The notes under the pieces: generated by a model
What the model was told of the DNA's origin: nothing
The model's input: only the letters and a program-made list of their open reading frames with translations
The model's database searches: none
Translations under genes and position numbers: made by a program
From: Anaeromyxobacteraceae bacterium
GTDB lineage: Bacteria > Myxococcota > Myxococcia > Myxococcales > Anaeromyxobacteraceae
Length of the DNA stretch: 64,000 nt
Reading direction: 5' to 3'
Assembly (NCBI GenBank): GCA_047602405.1
Contig: JASGHJ010000001.1
Location: 1,181,228 to 1,245,227, forward strand
In this document: positions 18,930-27,010 of the stretch, in pieces
How the letters are laid out: each line of letters begins with the position of its first letter
How positions within the stretch are numbered: position 1 is the first letter of the stretch

Positions 18930-20708
18930 ATGCGCCGACTGCCCGCCCTCCTGCTCTCCTGCCTGGCCGCCTGCTCCGGCGGCGGCGCCGAGAGCGGCTC
19001 GAAGCCGACGGACCCGTGCGACCCGAACCCGTGCTTCGCCGGCGTGGCCTGCGTCGCGAGCGGCGCCACCCACGCGTGCGGCGCGTGCCCGGCGGGCTAC
19101 GGGGGCGACGGCGTCACCTGCGCCGAGGCCGACGGCTGCGCGGGCAACCCCTGCCTCGCCACCACGACCTGCACCGACGTGCCCGCCCCGGGCACGGGCT
19201 ACACCTGCTCCGCGTGCACGGCCGCGACGTGCCCCATCTTCCGCGCGCTCGCCGGCCCGGACCGCGACGCCGTGGCCGGCGCGGAGGTGACGCTCACGGC
19301 CGAGGTGCTCGGCCACAACGGCGCGTTCACCTGCGCGTGGACCGCGACCGGCGCGGCGGCGCTCGCCGGGTGCGAGGTGAAGGTCACCCCCGCCGCGACG
19401 ACCGAGTACACGCTCACGGTCACCGACGCCTCGGCCCGGACCGCGTCCGACGCGGTGGTCGTCCGCGTCGCCGGGCTCCTCGCCGACGCAGGGCCGACCC
19501 GCAACGTCCCGGCCGGCGGGAGCACGACGCTCACCGCCACCTGGAGCGGGGCCTCCTGCGCCGACGGCGCCTGCGTCACCTGCGCCTGGAAGGACTCGGC
19601 GGGCGGCCCCGTCGCGAGCACCTGCTCGACCGAGGTCTCCCCGTCGGTCACCACCGCCTACACCCTCACGATCACCGACGGCGGCAACGCGCGGACCGCC
19701 ACCGACACCACCACCGTGTTCGTGCTCGGCGAGCCCGCGCGCCTGTGCGGCTGGGACGTCGTCGTGATGACGAGCAACGAGTACCCGTCCACGCCGAACC
19801 CGAGCTACGTCTGCGACGCGAACCAGGTCGCGCGGCGCCAGACGGTGAACGGCAAGCCCGCCATCGTCCTCTCCGACCTCGTGGTGGGGAACGCGCGGAT
19901 CGTCGGCTACATCTCGGTCGAGACCTCCGCGGACGACGACCTCGTCGGCTTCCTGTGGGGCTGGCAGAACCCGAAGCACGCGTACCTGCTGACCTGGAAG
20001 CAGCTCAACCAGGCGTGGACCGCCGCGTGCGGCAACGCGCCGGCCGGGATCGCGGTCAAGAAGCTCGACGGCGCGAGCGCGGACCCGGCCACCGTCTCGT
20101 TCAACGCGAGCTTCGGCTTCAACGCGACCGACTACGTCTACAGCTGCGCCGACCTCTGGTCGCAGAGCCGCGCCAACGACGCGCTGCTCGGCGACGACAC
20201 CATCTTCCTGCTCGCGCCGCAGGACGCCGGCGGGTACACGGGCGGGTGGGCGGACTTCACCACCCACCGGTTCGAGTTCTACTACACGCCCTCGCGCACG
20301 AAGGTGCTCGTGTACTCGGACGACGCGGCGACCGGCTCCACCGCGAACCTCCTCACCTCGTTCACCGTCGAGGACTCGAGCTACCCGGAGGGCAAGTTCG
20401 CCTTCTTCTCGAACTCGCAGGAGCAGGTCGCGTTCGGCAACTACACGCTCGCGTCGCTCGACGGCTTCGCGGCGAACGCGGGCCCGGACGTGACCGTCGC
20501 GCCGGGCGCCACCGCGCAGCTCACCGGGGCCGCGGAGCTCGCCGTGCCGCCGTACACCTGCGCCTGGAAGGACGGCGCCGGCGCCGCCGCCGGGGCGGCC
20601 TGCGCGCTCGGGGTGACGCCCGCCGCGACCACCACGTACACGCTGACGGTCACCGACGCCTTCGGCAGGACCACCTCCGACGCGGTCACGGTGACCGTGG
20701 GGACCTGA
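18930..20708 (+). CDS. Lipoprotein with EGF-like repeats, PKD/Ig-like repeats and a thrombospondin C-terminal-like domain
   Basis: Lipobox LAAC; CDPNPCFAGVAC..CGACPAGYGGDGVTC; DDDLVGFLWGWQNPKHAYLLTWKQ; GKFAFFSNSQE. Confidence 0.75.
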   Translation: MRRLPALLLSCLAACSGGGAESGSKPTDPCDPNPCFAGVACVASGATHACGACPAGYGGDGVTCAEADGCAGNPCLATTTCTDVPAPGTGYTCSACTAATCPIFRALAGPDRDAVAGAEVTLTAEVLGHNGAFTCAWTATGAAALAGCEVKVTPAATTEYTLTVTDASARTASDAVVVRVAGLLADAGPTRNVPAGGSTTLTATWSGASCADGACVTCAWKDSAGGPVASTCSTEVSPSVTTAYTLTITDGGNARTATDTTTVFVLGEPARLCGWDVVVMTSNEYPSTPNPSYVCDANQVARRQTVNGKPAIVLSDLVVGNARIVGYISVETSADDDLVGFLWGWQNPKHAYLLTWKQLNQAWTAACGNAPAGIAVKKLDGASADPATVSFNASFGFNATDYVYSCADLWSQSRANDALLGDDTIFLLAPQDAGGYTGGWADFTTHRFEFYYTPSRTKVLVYSDDAATGSTANLLTSFTVEDSSYPEGKFAFFSNSQEQVAFGNYTLASLDGFAANAGPDVTVAPGATAQLTGAAELAVPPYTCAWKDGAGAAAGAACALGVTPAATTTYTLTVTDAFGRTTSDAVTVTVGT

Positions 20709-20756
20709 GCGGCGCTCCGGCGGCCGGCCCGGCGCGGCCTGGGCTATCATCGCCCG

Positions 20757-21326
20757 GTGAACGTCGACGACCGCGTCCGCGCGCTCCTCGCCGGCGGCGA
20801 CCTCGCCGGCGCCGCCACCGCGGTGATCCAGGCCTTCACGCCGGTCGCGCTGAGCTACCTCCGTCCGATGCTCCGCGACGAGGAGGACGTGAAGGACGCC
20901 CTCTCGATCTGGGCGGAGAACGCCTGGCGAGGGCTGCCGCGGTTCGAGTGGCGCTCGTCGCTCAAGACGTGGTGCGTGCGCCTCGCGTGCAACGTGGGGC
21001 TCAACTTCAAGGGCCGGGCGCACCACAAGCGGGTCCGCCGCTTCGAGCCGGGCGAGGCCTCCGCGCTCGCCGAGGACTTCCGCACCGCGAGCGCCCTGCG
21101 GGTCGAGCGCCAGCGCCGCGGGATCCTGGCGCTCCGGGAGGAGCTGACGCCCTCCGAGCAGACGCTGCTCTTCCTGCGGGCCGACCAGGAGCTCCCGTGG
21201 GAGGAGGTGGCCTCGATCCTGAGCGAGGTGGGGCCGGCCGTGACCCCCACGACGCTCGCGAAGCGCTTCGAGCGGCTGAAGGAGCGCCTCGGCCAGCTCG
21301 CGCGGGAGCGCGGGCTGATCGACTGA
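20757..21326 (+). CDS. ECF-type RNA polymerase sigma factor
   Basis: Sigma2 region RGLPRFEWRSSLKTW and sigma4 region LFLRADQELPWEEVASIL. Confidence 0.8.
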   Translation: MNVDDRVRALLAGGDLAGAATAVIQAFTPVALSYLRPMLRDEEDVKDALSIWAENAWRGLPRFEWRSSLKTWCVRLACNVGLNFKGRAHHKRVRRFEPGEASALAEDFRTASALRVERQRRGILALREELTPSEQTLLFLRADQELPWEEVASILSEVGPAVTPTTLAKRFERLKERLGQLARERGLID

Positions 21327-21422
21327 GGGTCGGTCCCGGCCGGGTCGTGTCGACTTCGGGCCCGGGCCCTGTCCAAACGTCGAGGGGCGTGCGCCGCGGG
21401 TGGCCGCCTGCCAGGAGCGTTC

Positions 21423-21599
21423 ATGGGCGATCGGCAGGGACAGCTGCACCTCGTGGTGAAGCCGACGCGCCTGGCCGTCGTGCGCGACGTCGTCGTCATC
21501 GTGCTGTGCGCCGTCGTCCTGACGCTCATCGCCGTCGATCTCCTGCGCGGCGCACCGACCGCGAGCCCGGTCCAGGTCCACGCGGGCACGGGGAGGTAG
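21423..21599 (+). CDS. 58-aa single-pass membrane protein (absent from ORF track)
   Basis: AGGAG before ATG; MGDRQGQLHLVVKPTRLAVVRDVVVIVLCAVVLTLIAVDLLRG...; GC3-biased codons. Confidence 0.6.
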   Translation: MGDRQGQLHLVVKPTRLAVVRDVVVIVLCAVVLTLIAVDLLRGAPTASPVQVHAGTGR

Positions 21600-21671
21600 G
21601 GCCGGAGGGGGGGAAGCCGGGCCCGGCGCGTGGCAACTTCCTCGGCCGTTCTGTAGGCTCGCGCCGCGCAG

Positions 21672-24599
21672 GTGCGAACCGAGAACCCGAACGAGGAGGC
21701 CACCGCCGGGCCCGGCGCCGGCGTCGAGCCGGGCACGCTGTCGCGCCTGATCCGCGACATCGCGGCCGACGGCGACGCACGGGGCGAGGACGGTCCGGCG
21801 CCGCTCGGGGAGGGCGCGGTGGTGGGCCGGTTCCGGCTCCTGCGCGAGCTCGGGCGCGGCGGCTTCGGGGTCGTCCACGAGGCGGAGGACACGGTCCTCC
21901 CGCGCCGGGTCGCGCTGAAGCTCGTCCGGACCGGCCCGCGGTCCTCGCTCCGCAGCGAGCGGCTCCTCGAGGAGGCCGAGGCGGCCGCGCGGCTCGCGCA
22001 TCCGAACATCGTCACGCTCCACGACGTCGGTCGCTCCGAGCACGGGCCGTACCTCGTGCTCGAGCTCCTCGATGGCGAGGTGCTGCAGCGCCGGCTCTCG
22101 CGCGGCGCGCTCCCGCCCGCCGAGGCCGTGCGGATCGCCGCTGGCGTGGCGCGCGGGCTCGCGCACGCACACGCCCGCGGCGTCGTGCACCGCGACCTCA
22201 AGCCCGGCAACGTCTTCCTCACCCGCGACGGCCACGTGAAGGTGCTCGACTTCGGCCTCGCCCATGCCTTCGGCCTGAAGCGCGTCGAGGGCGGCACGCC
22301 GGCGTACATGGCCCCGGAGCAGCGGGCGGGTGGCGACGAGGACGAGCGCACCGACGTGTACGCCCTCGGCGTGCTGCTCTTCCGAATGCTGGCGGGGCGC
22401 CTCCCCTTCGCGCCCGAGGACCCCGAGGCGGCGGCCCCCGGCGCGGGCCGGGCCCCGGCGCTCGAGCTCCCGGGGCTCCCGGCGCTGGGCGAGCTCGTCG
22501 CGCTGATGCTCGAGCGGGACCCGGCCGCGCGGCCGCGGGACGGCGGCGAGGTGCTGCGCGCGCTCGAGCCCATCCTGGCGCTGCTCACGGCCGCCGCGCC
22601 GGCGCCGGAGGCCATCGCCGTCCGGCCTGCGCCGCGCGCCCCGCCGTGGTGGAGGACCCGCCGCGCGCAGGCGCTCGGGCTCGCGCTCCTCGTGGCGATC
22701 GCCGCGGGAGGCGCCGCCGCCGCGCGCCTGCTGCGCCCGCCGCCTCCGGCCCCGCGCCCGGTGGTCGCGGTCGCCGACGTCGAGAACCTCACCGGCGATC
22801 CGGAGCTCGACGGCCTCGGCGCCCTGCTCTCGACCTCGCTCGAGCAGTCGCGGCGGCTCGAGGTGCTGACCACCGAGCGGCTCCGCGAGCTCTCCGCGCA
22901 GGCGGGCCACCCCGCCGGCGCCCGGATCGACGAGGCCCGCGGGCTCGAGCTGTGCCGGCGCGCCGCCGCGGACGCGCTCGTCGTCACCGCCGTGCGCCGG
23001 CTCGGCACGAGCTACACGGTGGAGGCGAAGCTCGCGGAGCCGGGCCGCGCGGCCCACCGCGCGACGTTCCGCGAGCAGGTCGCCACGAAGGAGGCGCTCC
23101 TGCCCTCGCTGGACCGGCTCGCCGAGCGGCTGCGCGAGGCGCTCGCCGGGCGTGAGCGCGGGGGCGGCGGCCCGGGCGTGGAGGCGCTCGTCACCGGGAA
23201 CCTCGAGGCCTACCGGCACTACCTGCGCGGGCGCGAGGAGTACCGGAAGGTCGAGTACGCCGAGGCCGCGCGCGCGTACCAGGCCGCCCTCGCCGTCGAT
23301 CCCGACTTCGCGCTCGCCCACCTCGAGCTCGCGCGGATCGGCCGGCTCGGCGAGCTTCCCCGGGACCTCGCCGCGGGCCACCTCTCCGACGCGCTCCGGC
23401 TCGCGGCCCGGCTCCCGGAGAAGGAGCGGCACCTGCTCGAGGCGTGGCGGCTCGCCGACGCGGGCGACGCGGACGGGGCGGACCGCACGTTCGAGGCGCT
23501 CGCCGAGGACTTCCCGAACGAGGCCGACGTCGCCCTCGAGCTGGGCCAGCGGCTCGCCGCGCGGGACCAGGTGGAGGCGGCGGTTCCCCACCTGAAGCGC
23601 GCGAGCGCGCTGCGCCCCGCGGACATCATCGCGGGCTGGGAGCTCGCGAGGGCGCTCGGCTGGCTCGGGCGCGCCGACGAGGCGGTGGAGCAGGCTCGAC
23701 GGCAGCACGCCGCCACCCCGAGCCCGGGTTCGGCGGTGGTCCTCGGCACGGCGCTCGAGGTCGCCGGCCGCTACGCGGAGGCCGTGCCGCTCGGGCGCGC
23801 CGCGCTCGGCGGCGGCGAGCCGCAGGGGCGCTCGCTCGTGATGAGCGCGTCGCACGCCTCCGAGGACTTCGCGACGGTCGAGCGCGAGGTGAGCGAGAAC
23901 CTGCGCGCGCCGCTCGCCACCGATCGCGCCCGGGCGCAGGGCAACCTCGCCGCGACCCTCGTCTGGCAGGGCCGGCGCGCCGAGGCGCTGCGTGCGATCG
24001 CGAGCGCCGAGGACGGCGACTTCCCCGGCTTCATGACGCGCTTCCGGGTCATGCTCCTCGCCGGCCTCGGCGAGCCCGGGCGGCTCCGCGCCGAGGCGCA
24101 ACGCCTCGCCGAGGTGGACCCCGAGAACGCCATCCTCGCGGCGCCCGCGGTGGCGTGGGCCGGCGACCCGGGCTCGGCTGCGCTCCTCGCCCGCCGGCTC
24201 CCGCCGTCGGGGGCGAACGGCAGGCTCCACGCCGCGGTGGTCGGCTGGCGCGCCGGCGACGCGCGCGCGCTCGAGGAGCTCCACCGGCTCGCGGCGACGC
24301 ACGCCTCGGGTGAGCTCCTCGACGGCTTCTTCTTCGGGGAGGCTGCGCTCGAGGCCGGGCGCCCCGAGGAGGCGCGCGCGGCGCTCGAGCGGTTCCTCCG
24401 GCTGCCGGTGAAGACCGGGTGGTCGGCGTGGGCGAAGCCTCGGGCGCGGCTCCGGCTCGCGCAGGCGCTCGAGCGGCTCGGCCGGCTCGACGAGGCCCGG
24501 GCCGTCGCCGAGCGGGTCGCGGTCACCTGGCGGCGCGCGGACGCGGACTACCCGCCGGCCGCGGAGCTGAGGGCGCTGCGGGACCGGCTCGGGCGGTAG
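21672..24599 (+). CDS. Membrane Ser/Thr protein kinase with C-terminal TPR region
   Basis: GRGGFG, VALK, HRDLKPGN, DFG, GTPAYMAPE; one TM helix; TolB-N-like segment; TPRs. Confidence 0.93.
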   Translation: MRTENPNEEATAGPGAGVEPGTLSRLIRDIAADGDARGEDGPAPLGEGAVVGRFRLLRELGRGGFGVVHEAEDTVLPRRVALKLVRTGPRSSLRSERLLEEAEAAARLAHPNIVTLHDVGRSEHGPYLVLELLDGEVLQRRLSRGALPPAEAVRIAAGVARGLAHAHARGVVHRDLKPGNVFLTRDGHVKVLDFGLAHAFGLKRVEGGTPAYMAPEQRAGGDEDERTDVYALGVLLFRMLAGRLPFAPEDPEAAAPGAGRAPALELPGLPALGELVALMLERDPAARPRDGGEVLRALEPILALLTAAAPAPEAIAVRPAPRAPPWWRTRRAQALGLALLVAIAAGGAAAARLLRPPPPAPRPVVAVADVENLTGDPELDGLGALLSTSLEQSRRLEVLTTERLRELSAQAGHPAGARIDEARGLELCRRAAADALVVTAVRRLGTSYTVEAKLAEPGRAAHRATFREQVATKEALLPSLDRLAERLREALAGRERGGGGPGVEALVTGNLEAYRHYLRGREEYRKVEYAEAARAYQAALAVDPDFALAHLELARIGRLGELPRDLAAGHLSDALRLAARLPEKERHLLEAWRLADAGDADGADRTFEALAEDFPNEADVALELGQRLAARDQVEAAVPHLKRASALRPADIIAGWELARALGWLGRADEAVEQARRQHAATPSPGSAVVLGTALEVAGRYAEAVPLGRAALGGGEPQGRSLVMSASHASEDFATVEREVSENLRAPLATDRARAQGNLAATLVWQGRRAEALRAIASAEDGDFPGFMTRFRVMLLAGLGEPGRLRAEAQRLAEVDPENAILAAPAVAWAGDPGSAALLARRLPPSGANGRLHAAVVGWRAGDARALEELHRLAATHASGELLDGFFFGEAALEAGRPEEARAALERFLRLPVKTGWSAWAKPRARLRLAQALERLGRLDEARAVAERVAVTWRRADADYPPAAELRALRDRLGR

Positions 24600-25641
24600 C
24601 GGGGGTGCCGAGGACCACCGCGTGGACGAGCCCGCGCTCCGGGCCTTCGACGCCCGCGGCGGCCTCCGCGAGCACCGCGCTGAAGGCGCAGGTGGGGACC
24701 GCGGCGAGGCCGAGGTCGCAGGCGGCGACGAGCAGGTTCTGCGCGACGTGGCCGGCTTCGAGGAGCACCGCCCTGAGGTGCGCGGGGTGGGCGTACTTCC
24801 ACGCGGTGCGCGCCCAGGTGGCCTCGAGGAACACGATCGCGGCCGCGCCGTCGACCCAGGCCTGCCCGCCGAGCAGCGCTCCGCCCGCGGCCTGCGGGCC
24901 GAGGCGCACCGGGGCGAGCGCGCGGGCGAGGCCGTCGTAGCGGTAGAGCCCGGGCGCGAGGCCGCGGACCCGGCGCACGCTCACGAGCCCCTCCACCGGC
25001 TGCCGCGCGCCGCCGGACGGCGCGAGGCGGAGCGGATGGTCGCCGAGGTCGGGGTGGTGGACCACCTCGCGTACGCCGAGGCCGGCGAAGAGGACGTCGG
25101 CGAGCGCGGCGCGGGAGAGCGGCGCGTCCGAGAACGTGCGCACGCTCCGCCGGCGCAGGAGGTGGCGGAGCACGCCCGAGCGCGTGCGCGGGGCGGGCAG
25201 CGGCACGGCGGCGCGCGGCCGTGCGGAGGGCAAGGTGGGTGGCGGGCGGCGCCGGGCCTTCGCGGCGGCCCACGCGAGCGAGCCCTCGACGCTGGCCCAG
25301 GGCGCGTCGCGGCCGAGGTGCCAGAACCCGCCGGCGATCGGGCCCCAGGGCCAGGCGCCCGCGAGCGCGACGTCCTCCCGATCGCGGCGGCTGCTGCGCT
25401 CGACGAGCACGCCGGCCGAGAGCAGCCGGAGCACCGTGGCGCGGGGCGAGGGGTCGCCGGCGGCGCGGAGGCGGGCCTCCACGGTGCGCGTGCTGGTCCA
25501 GCCGTCGAGCGCGCCGACCAGCGCCGCCGCGGCGCCGAGAGGGACCGGGCGCCCGAGCGCGTAGTTCTCGCCCACGAGTGCGCCGCCCACGGCATGCGCG
25601 AGGAACGCGTGCGCGCGCCGGAGCGGCGGTGGCCGGGTCAC
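24523..25641 (-). CDS. SagB/ThcOx-type FMN dehydrogenase with N-terminal extension
   Basis: RRRSVRTF, APSGGARQP, GLYRYD, WKY, LEAGHVAQN. Confidence 0.85.
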   Translation of the reverse strand: MTRPPPLRRAHAFLAHAVGGALVGENYALGRPVPLGAAAALVGALDGWTSTRTVEARLRAAGDPSPRATVLRLLSAGVLVERSSRRDREDVALAGAWPWGPIAGGFWHLGRDAPWASVEGSLAWAAAKARRRPPPTLPSARPRAAVPLPAPRTRSGVLRHLLRRRSVRTFSDAPLSRAALADVLFAGLGVREVVHHPDLGDHPLRLAPSGGARQPVEGLVSVRRVRGLAPGLYRYDGLARALAPVRLGPQAAGGALLGGQAWVDGAAAIVFLEATWARTAWKYAHPAHLRAVLLEAGHVAQNLLVAACDLGLAAVPTCAFSAVLAEAAAGVEGPERGLVHAVVLGTPATARAGPAAPSAPRPAGSPRPRAAR

Positions 25642-25787
25642 CGGCCGCGCCGGCGGGGCTTCGCCGGGCCGGGCCGCCGTCTCGGGGCGGGCTTCTTCGC
25701 CGGCTTCGTGGCCGGGCGGCGCGCGGGCGCCTTGCGCGTGGGGCTCGCCGGCGCGGGCTCGGTGGGATTGATCGGGAAGCCGATCAT
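25638..25787 (-). CDS. 49-aa Pro/Lys/Arg-rich peptide
   Basis: GAGGAG 8 nt before ATG; ATGA overlap upstream and GTGA overlap downstream. Confidence 0.55.
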   Translation of the reverse strand: MIGFPINPTEPAPASPTRKAPARRPATKPAKKPAPRRRPGPAKPRRRGR

Positions 25788-26062
25788 CGGAGCATCTCCT
25801 CGGCGGGTGCGCACTCCGCGCCCGCGAAGGTCGCCCGCCACAGTGCCTTCGCGAGCTCCATCACGGCCTCCGCCCCGCGATCGGCCGGGAGGCGCGTGGC
25901 GAGTGCGTTCGCCTCCTCGAGCGGGGCGAGGATCCGTTCGTCCACCCAGGCGCGGCGCTCCGCCTCGGCGAGCTCCTCCGCCAGCCAGCCGGCCCGCTCG
26001 CCGAAGAACGCGATCGAGGCCTCGAGCAGCGCTTCCCGGGTCGCCTTCGTCACTCCGTCCAT
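25784..26062 (-). CDS. 92-aa hypothetical helical protein
   Basis: Strong SD (GGAGAGGAGG); GC3-biased codons; stop overlaps next ATG. Confidence 0.7.
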   Translation of the reverse strand: MDGVTKATREALLEASIAFFGERAGWLAEELAEAERRAWVDERILAPLEEANALATRLPADRGAEAVMELAKALWRATFAGAECAPAEEMLR

Positions 26063-26223
26063 GATCACTCCCTCCTCTCCAGCAGATGTCGCACCGGGAC
26101 GGACTTGACGTTCAGGGCGGCTCGCCGCTGCACGTGGAGTGAGCCAGTGGCAGGCGCAGACGTTTGCGCCGAGGCTCGCGCAGGTGGGTGGGAGGAGCCC
26201 CACGACTTCCTCCGCGGAAGTGT

Positions 26224-26240
26224 TTGCGAACGGGTCGCAA
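26224..26240. promoter_or_regulatory. Inverted repeat TTGCGA-N5-TCGCAA, possible operator
   Basis: Perfect 6-bp arms between divergent genes. Confidence 0.3.
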
Positions 26241-26282
26241 CAGCGCGGCCGATGGTCGCGCGGCCAGGCGTATGCTCCACCG

Positions 26283-26895
26283 GTGCGCCTCGTCCTCGCC
26301 CTCGCGCTCCTGCCCGCGCTCGCGGCGGCGCAGACGTCTGCGCAGGACGACCTCGTCCCCGCGCTCGCCGCCGAGGTCCGGGAGCTCACGCCCTGGCGCG
26401 TCGGCGCCTGGGCCCGCGGGGACGAGCGGGTCCGCGCGCTCGACCCGGTGGCCCGCGAGCGGCTCCTCGTCGCCCTCGAGGAGCCCACGCGGTGGTGGGC
26501 GCCGCCGCTCAACCTCTATCCGGGGTTCGCGCTCGGCTCGCTCGCGTCCGGCGATCCGCGCGGCCTCTGGCTCCTCGTGGCCGACGGCGCGGCCATGGCG
26601 GTCATGACCGTGGGCATGGTGATTCTCGTTCGGCGAGGGCGCGGGTCGCCCGCAGGCGGCGGTCGACCGGCAGAAGCGGGTGGGCAACGGGCTCGTCTAC
26701 GGAGGCCTCGGGCTCCTCGCGGTCTCGCGCGCCGCGGGGCTCGTCCTGCCGTTCACGTTCCACGGGCGGGCGCACCTCGAGCTCTCGCGCGCGTTCGCCG
26801 CAGCGCCGGCGGCGCCGAGCGCGGCCGCGTTCGTGCTGTCGGTGCCGTCGGCGCGCGGGACGGGCGTCGTGGGCGGGCTGGCGGTGGTGTTCTGA
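26283..26895 (+). CDS. Secreted/membrane protein with P13-like motif; frameshift at about 26623
   Basis: Signal peptide; PLNLYPGFALGSLASGD; removing one T from GATTC joins it to the frame of 26680..26895. Confidence 0.6.
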
Positions 26896-27010
26896 TGCGA
26901 CGAGCGCCGCCCGCAGACGAGGGGCTGGACGCGGCTCGTCCGGACGCCCCTCGCCCCCCGTTGAGCGCACGGCCTCTCCGGACGAGCGCCGGTCGAGGCT
27001 GCGGGACCCC

